Below are positions 57,634 through 64,000 of a DNA stretch of 64,000 nt, piece after piece. The position numbers and the translations under genes were made by a program. The first letter of the stretch is position 1. The number at the start of each line of letters is the position of its first letter. The notes under the pieces are model-generated. The model saw nothing but the letters and a program-made list of their open reading frames with translations, had not been told where the DNA came from and made no database searches. Source of the DNA: an uncultured Gammaproteobacteria bacterium (GTDB lineage: Bacteria; Patescibacteriota; Microgenomatia; Levybacterales; GWA1-39-11); the NCBI GenBank assembly GCA_964448725.1, contig CAYVAJ010000001.1, forward strand, positions 135,525 through 199,524, given 5' to 3'.

Positions 57634-58356
57634 ATGTACGATCTTACACCGCGCCAAATAGAAATACTTAAAAATATTGTCAGAGAATATATTGATTCAG
57701 CTGAACCAGTAGGAAGTGAAACGCTGGAGAAAAAATATGATCTAGGAGTGTCACCTGCAACCATCCGAAATGAAATGGCTGATATGGTAAAGCTTGGCTA
57801 TTTAGCAAAACCCCATTCTTCTTCAGGTCGTATTCCAACAAGCAAAGCAATAAAACTCTATGTAACAGAGCTTATGAAAGAACGTGTCCTCTCTGTTGCA
57901 GATGAGGTTGAGGCAAAAGAAAAAGTATGGGATCTGCGAGCTGTTGAGTCACAATTTTTTCGTCAATTGACCCGCAGTCTTTCACAAAAAACAGGAACGC
58001 TTGCTGTTGCGGCAACACAAGAAGGTGATTTGTATTTTGCTGGGTACTCAAATATTCTTGATATGCCTGAATTTTATGACATTGATATTACAAAAAATTT
58101 ACTTGCGATCTTGGATGATGTGTCATACTTTGATATGATACTAAAACGGATTGAAAATGATTATGCAGTGTTATTAGGCGAAGAGTTAGGGCTTGAACCA
58201 CTGCGTCCATATGGATTTGTATTCTCAAAATATGTTACACGGAATAATCGCCAAGGATCAATCGGTGTAATTGGACCAGCACGCCTTCATTATGAAGTAG
58301 TAGTTCCATGCGTGCGATATTATGGGCACTTAGTTGGGGAAGTTGCAAATTGGTAA
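57634..58356 (+). CDS. hrcA: Heat-inducible transcription repressor HrcA (short form)
   Basis: LTPRQIEILKNIVREYIDSAEPVGSETL winged-helix N-terminus and GYLAKPHSSSGRIPT motif typical of HrcA. Only 240 aa. Confidence 0.85.
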   Translation: MYDLTPRQIEILKNIVREYIDSAEPVGSETLEKKYDLGVSPATIRNEMADMVKLGYLAKPHSSSGRIPTSKAIKLYVTELMKERVLSVADEVEAKEKVWDLRAVESQFFRQLTRSLSQKTGTLAVAATQEGDLYFAGYSNILDMPEFYDIDITKNLLAILDDVSYFDMILKRIENDYAVLLGEELGLEPLRPYGFVFSKYVTRNNRQGSIGVIGPARLHYEVVVPCVRYYGHLVGEVANW

Positions 58357-58383
58357 ATAAAATTGAAAGTTGAGAATTGAAAG

Positions 58384-58893
58384 ATGAAAGATGACAAAAA
58401 GAAACAAGATAAAAACGGTGAAGAATTAAAAGAAGTTGTTGAAGAGAAAGATCTGGAAGGACAGTCTGAAACACAACAACTAGAACAAAGAATTGCAGAG
58501 CTTGAAGATCAGTATAAAAGGGCAGTAGCTGATTATCGAAATCTTGAAAAGAGAGTTGCAGAAGATCGACTAGAATTTATAAAATTTGCAAATAAAGAAT
58601 TGCTCGAACGGTTACTTCCAGCATTTGACACACTTTTCTTAGCTGAGAGATATGTGCAAGATGATGGACTTAAGTTAACCATAAAATCACTTGCCGATGC
58701 ATTAGAACAAGTAGGTGTTACACGAGTACAAACAGTTGGAAATGACTTTGATCCAGAGACAATGGAATGTGTTGAGACAGTAGATGGAGAAGAAGAGAAT
58801 AAAGTAGTAGAAGAAATCCGACCTGGATTTGTTCTTTCTGGTAGAACCTTGCGTGCAGCACTGGTAAAGGTAGGTTCTACAAAGCAGAATTAA
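58384..58893 (+). CDS. grpE: Nucleotide exchange factor GrpE
   Basis: Coiled-coil N-terminal (QLEQRIAELEDQYKRAVADYRNLEKR) and C-terminal beta domain (FDPETMECVE..GFVLSGRTLRAALVKV). Confidence 0.9.
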   Translation: MKDDKKKQDKNGEELKEVVEEKDLEGQSETQQLEQRIAELEDQYKRAVADYRNLEKRVAEDRLEFIKFANKELLERLLPAFDTLFLAERYVQDDGLKLTIKSLADALEQVGVTRVQTVGNDFDPETMECVETVDGEEENKVVEEIRPGFVLSGRTLRAALVKVGSTKQN

Positions 58894-59004
58894 TAAAAAA
58901 AAGCGTCTGGTAATTAGTGTATAGCGCGTAGTTTGAAAAATACAAGATATAGTATAGAATATACTGAGCGCTAAACACTAGCAACTAAACGCTAGAAAGA
59001 AACT

Positions 59005-60924
59005 ATGGCAAAAATTATTGGTATTGATTTAGGTACAACAAATTCAGCAGTAGCTGTTATGGAAGGTGGCAGCCCAAAAATAATATTCTCATCTGAAGGG
59101 CGAAATGTCACACCATCTGTTGTTGATCCTGTTGATAGGATTGTAGGCGATGTTGCAAAGCGTCAGATGGCATTGAAGCCAAAAAGAATTATCTATTCTA
59201 TCAAACGACTAATGGGGCATCGCTTTAAAGATGAGGCAGTTCAAGAAGAGCTGAAACGACTTCCTTACACAATCAAGGAAGGACGAGATGGTATGGCGGT
59301 AGTGGAAGTAGAAGGAAAAACATATACTCCGCAGGAAATTTCAGCACAGATTCTCCAAAAATTGAAAAAGGATGCAGAAAGTTATCTGGGTGAGACAGTA
59401 TCCCAGGCAGTTATTACGGTTCCTGCTTACTTTGATGATGCGCAGCGTCAAGCAACTAAGCAAGCTGGTGAAATTGCTGGTCTTGAAGTACTGCGGGTGG
59501 TTAACGAGCCAACTGCAGCAGCGCTTGCATATGGATTGGATAAAAAGCATGCACACACTATTGCGGTGTATGATCTTGGAGGTGGAACATTTGATATTTC
59601 TCTTCTCGAATTGGGAGAGGGTGTCTATGAAGTAAAGGCTACAAATGGTGATACGCATCTTGGTGGAGATGATTTTGATAAAGCAATAATTGATTGGCTC
59701 GCTGATGAATTTAAAAAAGAGAATGGAGTTGATCTCAGACAGGATCCTCAAGCACTACAACGACTAAAAGAATCTGCAGAAAAAGCAAAGATCGAGCTTT
59801 CCACATCAATGGAAACAGAGATTAATCAACCGTTTATTACCATGGGACAAAATGGTCCATTGCATTTGACTGTCAAATTATCACGAAGTAAGTTGGAACA
59901 GCTTATCGATGATCTTGTACAACGAACATTTAAGCCAGTTGAGGATGCATTAAAAGACGCAGGACTCTCTGCTAACCAAATCGATGAAGTAATTCTTGTC
60001 GGTGGTATGACTCGCATGCCAAAAATAGTTGAAGCAGTCACAAAATTCTTCGGCAAAGAACCAAACAAAAGCGTAAATCCTGATGAAGTAGTTGCAATCG
60101 GTGCTGCTGTTCAAGCGGGAGTACTTGGTGGAGATGTAAAAGACGTATTGTTATTGGATGTTACTCCATTAACTCTTGGCATTGAGACACTTGGTTCAGT
60201 TGCGACTCCACTTATTCCACGAAATACTACAATTCCAACAAAGAAGTCTCAGGTTTTCTCAACTGCAGCAGATAATCAAACACAAGTTGAGATTCATGTT
60301 GTACAAGGTGAGCGGCCTATGGCACCAGATAACAAATCACTTGGTAAATTCATCTTAGATGGTATTCCGCCAGCTCCTCGAGGTGTACCTCAGATTGAGG
60401 TATCATTTGATCTAGATGCATCAGGTATATTGTCAGTTACTGCAAAAGACAAAGCATCAGGTAAAGAACAGAGTATTAAAATTACTGGATCTACTGGTCT
60501 GACCGATGAAGAGATTCAGAAAATGACACAGGAAGCAGAGAAAAATGCAGAAGAAGACGCAAAGAAAAAAGAGTTAATCGAAGCAAAAAATCTCGCTGAG
60601 AATACAGCCTTTACTGCTGAGAAATCTCTCAAAGATGCAGGAGATAAAGTTGCAGAAGATCTCAAAAAAGAGATCACTGATAAGGTTGCAGCAGTTCGCG
60701 AAGCAGTTAAAGGAGATAATAAGGAAGAAATTACTGCAAAAACAAATGAACTCTCAGAGAGTATGCAAAAAATAGGTGAAGCAATGTATTCTGCAGAACA
60801 GAATGCTTCAGGACCGCAAGGAACTACTGATTCAACCACAGAGGAATCGTCTACTGATACTTCAGAAGGAGCAAAAAAAGACTCAGACGAGCCTGTTGAA
60901 GGTGAAGTAGTTGATGAGAAATAA
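59005..60924 (+). CDS. dnaK: Molecular chaperone DnaK (Hsp70)
   Basis: [32 protein letters not shown] Hsp70 signatures. Acidic C-terminal tail. Confidence 0.95.
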   Translation: MAKIIGIDLGTTNSAVAVMEGGSPKIIFSSEGRNVTPSVVDPVDRIVGDVAKRQMALKPKRIIYSIKRLMGHRFKDEAVQEELKRLPYTIKEGRDGMAVVEVEGKTYTPQEISAQILQKLKKDAESYLGETVSQAVITVPAYFDDAQRQATKQAGEIAGLEVLRVVNEPTAAALAYGLDKKHAHTIAVYDLGGGTFDISLLELGEGVYEVKATNGDTHLGGDDFDKAIIDWLADEFKKENGVDLRQDPQALQRLKESAEKAKIELSTSMETEINQPFITMGQNGPLHLTVKLSRSKLEQLIDDLVQRTFKPVEDALKDAGLSANQIDEVILVGGMTRMPKIVEAVTKFFGKEPNKSVNPDEVVAIGAAVQAGVLGGDVKDVLLLDVTPLTLGIETLGSVATPLIPRNTTIPTKKSQVFSTAADNQTQVEIHVVQGERPMAPDNKSLGKFILDGIPPAPRGVPQIEVSFDLDASGILSVTAKDKASGKEQSIKITGSTGLTDEEIQKMTQEAEKNAEEDAKKKELIEAKNLAENTAFTAEKSLKDAGDKVAEDLKKEITDKVAAVREAVKGDNKEEITAKTNELSESMQKIGEAMYSAEQNASGPQGTTDSTTEESSTDTSEGAKKDSDEPVEGEVVDEK

Positions 60925-61044
60925 TCTTCTAGTTACCTAACTTCTAAAAGGTAAATTGGTTTCATCACCGTTTGAGTAATTTTCAAGCTAATTTTCTTTT
61001 CTTCCTGTTTGTATAGATTTTCTTTTTTGTGATACTATTAATAT

Positions 61045-61341
61045 ATGCAAGCTTCTTGTGCTCAGAACGAAGTACATACTGATTTTGGGTGTATTCCAAA
61101 TGATCCGATTGGATTTGTTGAGAAATTTTATGGTATTGGATTATCGATTATTGGAATGGTTGCCCTGCTTTTTCTGATTATCGGAGGTTATTATATCCTT
61201 ACTTCACAAGGAAGCCCTGAAAAACTGCAAAAAGGTAGAGAGTATATCCTTTATTCTATCTTAGGATTGTTACTGGCAGTATTTGGATTTGTTTTTGTGC
61301 AAATAATTACCGGAGTATTACAGATTCCAGGATTTAGCTAA
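61045..61341 (+). CDS. Small two-TM protein, possibly VirB2/TrbC-type pilin-like
   Basis: 98 aa. Two hydrophobic helices (IGLSIIGMVALLFLIIGGYYIL; ILYSILGLLLAVFGFVFVQIITGV) separated by a charged loop. Sits directly upstream of a large polytopic protein. Assignment by architecture only. Confidence 0.35.
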   Translation: MQASCAQNEVHTDFGCIPNDPIGFVEKFYGIGLSIIGMVALLFLIIGGYYILTSQGSPEKLQKGREYILYSILGLLLAVFGFVFVQIITGVLQIPGFS

Positions 61342-61349
61342 AAGACCGT

Positions 61350-63719
61350 ATGAAAAAATTTCTGCCCAAAATTGTATTAGTTTTCTTCTTTTCTTTTGTT
61401 TTCCTTGTATTTGGAACAACTATTCATGCAAGTGGTCCTGCAACTCCTGCTCCTTCTGAGGTTTCTGTTGAGGACTGGGTAGAAGATCCAGAGGTTACAT
61501 TTGTGGGAAAAGCAGCAAATCGTGCCAATGATTTTTTGAACTGGACGCTGCAGAATTATGACTGGTTATGTGTACAAAAAGTAAATGATACTTGTGATAA
61601 TAGCGATAATCCACTTGTTGAATTTTGGGCACTTGTCCGCAATATCGTATACGCATTAATGCTCTTATTTGTACTCGGAACTGCGTTTGTAATCATTATC
61701 ACGCGTGGCCAAAATATTACCATAATGCGATTTGTTCCTCGATTTATCGCAATTATTGTGCTCGTAACCTTATCGTTTGCACTTGTACAGTTCTTATATG
61801 TTTTCATTGATATAATTCAAGGATTTTTCCTCAAGCCTGACGGGAAGATAATCTCATCAGCAGATCTTTTGTACATTGCTTTTCCATATGAATTTACTGG
61901 TTATCGTGCGGTAAGTGCTGCCAATGATGAGTCAGCTTTTATTTCCTTGTTGCTTATTAAGCTTACTGCAATCACCTATTATGTGATGACAGGAGTGCTG
62001 TTAGTACGAAAAATTATTTTATGGTTTTTCCTTATTGTCTCTCCTATTTTTCCATTACTTATTTTTTATAGTCCTATTCGTAACACTGCAAAAATCTGGG
62101 TTGGTGAATTTTTCCGATGGCTTCTGTATGCGCCGCTTTTTGCACTTTTCTTGCACGGATTAGTGGTAATGTGGAGAGATAAAATCCCATTAGCATTTGA
62201 TTTTACCACTCGTGTACCAGGAACAGATATACTCTATCCTACTTCAATAAATATTCTCCTTGGTGGTCCTGGTCAGGATATTGGATTCTATAATTCAGTA
62301 AACTTACCTGATACTTTTGCCCTGTATGTTGTAGCACTCATTATGCTTTGGGTAGTTATTTTACTACCATTTTTGCTACTTCGTATTTTTCTCGATTATT
62401 TGAATTCAGTTTCTATTGGCGGATTTATGTCAAAACAGGTTAATAAAAATTTCGCATTTTTGAATCCAAGAAGTCCATCAGGAGGACCTATGCCACCACC
62501 GCCGCCTGGAAAGGTGTTCCCTACTGGTATGGCTCGTCAATTGCCATTTTTGAATAAGCGTGGTGCGACAATTGAGGCAGGACGTCCTCTCGCTACAAAT
62601 ACGAATGTTCGATCAACAGTAAGTCAGCCAGCTGCAGTTCGTGAAGTAAATGATGTATTGAAGTCAATTAATATTAGTGTGCCAAAAATGCAGGATGTGG
62701 TGAAATATGAACGAGCACTCTTGAGCAATAATGTTACTGAAAGACAGCAAGCAACGCAGTTGAACGAGACATTAGCAAAGATTGCAAATCCAGCAAATGT
62801 TACATCTATTACTGAACGTCAACAATTCAGCCAAGTACATGAAAAATTAAAGAGTCAGCAAGATCGAGGTAATCCGCTTGCAACCTCTATTTTGACAGCT
62901 GCGGTGAAAACAACAGTAACACATAAAGTTGACGTTGACCAGCAACTGAGAACAATGCTGCAGCAGTTGTCCAATCCATCCATTTCCAATCCAAAACTGA
63001 GAACTAAGATGACAACACTTAAATCTCAGTTGTTAGGGGCACAGCAAGGAGGGAATAATCTTGCAACAACAGTGCTGTCTGTTTCTGAAAAAATACAGAA
63101 AAAAGAACTCTCTCCTGAACAAGAAAAAGTAGCAATTGAAGAAATTAAGAACAAAATTGAGGAACAAAAACAAGCAGAAGATCCAGTAGCACAATCAGTT
63201 GTCACAACGATGCAGGAAGCACAAGAAGTGACTGCAACACAATCACTGCCAGTTGTAAATCGAGTGCAACAAGTCAGCATTGAGGACTATGAAGAGGTAC
63301 GCAAGATGTGGGTAGAAAACTATGAAACCTTGGAACCTCCAACAACATTAGAAGGTAAACAGCTTGAGCGTGAGGAATGGGTTAACAGCGATATACAAAA
63401 AATTAATGAAGCGATCACATTACTTTCTTCTGTTGAACCTGAAAAAGTAACTGAAGGAATGGATATGGTAGGAAGCATTTTGCCATTCCTGCTTATGGGA
63501 GGATTCTCAAAATCAGAAGTTGTTGCCTATCTCAAGGCAAAACTTGCAGCAGCAAAATCAATTGTAGAGGCAAATCGTAAGAAACAAGAAGAAGAAGACA
63601 TGATGCTGGATCGCAAGGAAGCAACAACAGAGGCAAAACAAATGACTATGCAGAGAGAAGCAGAACTACCGCAGACACCAAAAGAACTTGGTCCAGACGA
63701 TGAATCTCAACAGTCATAG
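61350..63719 (+). CDS. Large polytopic membrane protein with long Gln/Glu-rich coiled-coil C-terminal domain, possibly VirB6/TrbL-like
   Basis: Signal-like N-terminus, 6-7 TMs in aa 90-350, PPPPPG segment, then about 400 aa low-complexity/coiled-coil with internal repeats (GNPLATSILTAAVKTTV / GNNLATTVLSVSEKIQ). Confidence 0.4.
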   Translation: MKKFLPKIVLVFFFSFVFLVFGTTIHASGPATPAPSEVSVEDWVEDPEVTFVGKAANRANDFLNWTLQNYDWLCVQKVNDTCDNSDNPLVEFWALVRNIVYALMLLFVLGTAFVIIITRGQNITIMRFVPRFIAIIVLVTLSFALVQFLYVFIDIIQGFFLKPDGKIISSADLLYIAFPYEFTGYRAVSAANDESAFISLLLIKLTAITYYVMTGVLLVRKIILWFFLIVSPIFPLLIFYSPIRNTAKIWVGEFFRWLLYAPLFALFLHGLVVMWRDKIPLAFDFTTRVPGTDILYPTSINILLGGPGQDIGFYNSVNLPDTFALYVVALIMLWVVILLPFLLLRIFLDYLNSVSIGGFMSKQVNKNFAFLNPRSPSGGPMPPPPPGKVFPTGMARQLPFLNKRGATIEAGRPLATNTNVRSTVSQPAAVREVNDVLKSINISVPKMQDVVKYERALLSNNVTERQQATQLNETLAKIANPANVTSITERQQFSQVHEKLKSQQDRGNPLATSILTAAVKTTVTHKVDVDQQLRTMLQQLSNPSISNPKLRTKMTTLKSQLLGAQQGGNNLATTVLSVSEKIQKKELSPEQEKVAIEEIKNKIEEQKQAEDPVAQSVVTTMQEAQEVTATQSLPVVNRVQQVSIEDYEEVRKMWVENYETLEPPTTLEGKQLEREEWVNSDIQKINEAITLLSSVEPEKVTEGMDMVGSILPFLLMGGFSKSEVVAYLKAKLAAAKSIVEANRKKQEEEDMMLDRKEATTEAKQMTMQREAELPQTPKELGPDDESQQS

Positions 63720-63802
63720 TGGTTGTTAGTGCTACTCAAGTGTGTCTATAATAGAGAAAGTCAGAAGTAAAACTAAGAAGTCAGACGTAAATTTTAATTA
63801 GT

Positions 63803-64000
63803 ATGTTTGGAAATTTATTTAATCAAAAAAAAGATTCTGAAGAGCAGAATGTGCCAGTTACACCATCGGTGCAGCAACCGCAGCCGCCACAAATGGTGCA
63901 AACCGGAAGTGTACAGCAAACGACTACTGGATTTGGTATACAAGCAGGCGTGCCTGTAGTAGGACCAGCTATTTTTACTCAAACTGATACGGTGACAAAT
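63803..64000 (+). CDS. Partial CDS (N-terminus only; continues past window end), Gln/Pro-rich hypothetical protein
   Basis: ATG at 63803, open through position 64000 (66 codons; MFGNLFNQKKDSEEQNVPVTPSVQQPQPPQMVQ..). Not in ORF track because no stop within the window. Confidence 0.35.
   Translation, partial: MFGNLFNQKKDSEEQNVPVTPSVQQPQPPQMVQTGSVQQTTTGFGIQAGVPVVGPAIFTQTDTVTN

Noticed and set aside
58894-59004. Possible internal dnaK promoter (TTGAAA-16-TAGAAT) and palindrome AGTATAGAATATACT between grpE and dnaK
   Set aside because: Plausible by eye but AT-rich intergenic sequence yields many such hexamer matches. No CIRCE-like element here, and hrcA-grpE-dnaK is more simply a single operon.
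60925-60960. Hairpin TTACCT-N10-AGGTAA after dnaK as a rho-independent terminator
   Set aside because: AT-only stem of 6 bp with a 10-nt loop and a weak T-run; too unstable to call confidently.

Overview
Single contiguous, AT-rich, gene-dense bacterial chromosomal segment with about 65 protein genes and three tRNAs. There is no rRNA, no CRISPR array and no recognisable transposase or integrase. The repertoire points to a small-genome, peptidoglycan-containing bacterium of Candidate-Phyla-Radiation/Patescibacteria type; this is inference from sequence only. Evidence: short HrcA and MetRS, many GT-C membrane glycosyltransferase paralogues, a Chlor_Arch_YYY protein, PilN/PilO-like genes, a decaprenyl-phosphate phosphoribosyltransferase-like UbiA enzyme, and tRNAs without encoded CCA. 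Housekeeping genes present: rpsT, murJ, lepA, groES-groEL, hrcA-grpE-dnaK, hsp20, metG, tpiA, uvrD/pcrA, tatD, lytR(LCP), SpoIID/LytB-domain protein, FemAB-family transferase. Accessory-looking content: (i) a 4.6-kb stretch with three tRNAs (Ile-UAU, Ser-GCU, Ser-UGA) bracketing a VirD4/TraD-like coupling ATPase, a TraX-family protein and a hygromycin-kinase (APH(4))-like gene, with a 26-bp duplication of the tRNA-Ser 3' end. (ii) A 13-kb minus-strand operon headed by orphan PilN/PilO-like genes and carrying a surface protein, FAD oxidoreductase, three tandem GT-C paralogues, an epimerase, a HAD hydrolase and a YYY-domain protein. (iii) A plus-strand envelope-glycan locus (GT2, GT-C, WecA/MraY-family, DPPR-synthase-like UbiA). 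(iv) A cohesin/dockerin-type surface-protein set: a dockerin-bearing multidomain protein, an adjacent anchored cohesin-like protein, a Cys-rich secreted protein, and a second cohesin-like anchored protein elsewhere. Several of these share an unusual extended signal peptide. (v) A possible VirB2/VirB6-like pair at the window end. Heat-shock genes share a TTGACA promoter fused to a CIRCE-like operator.
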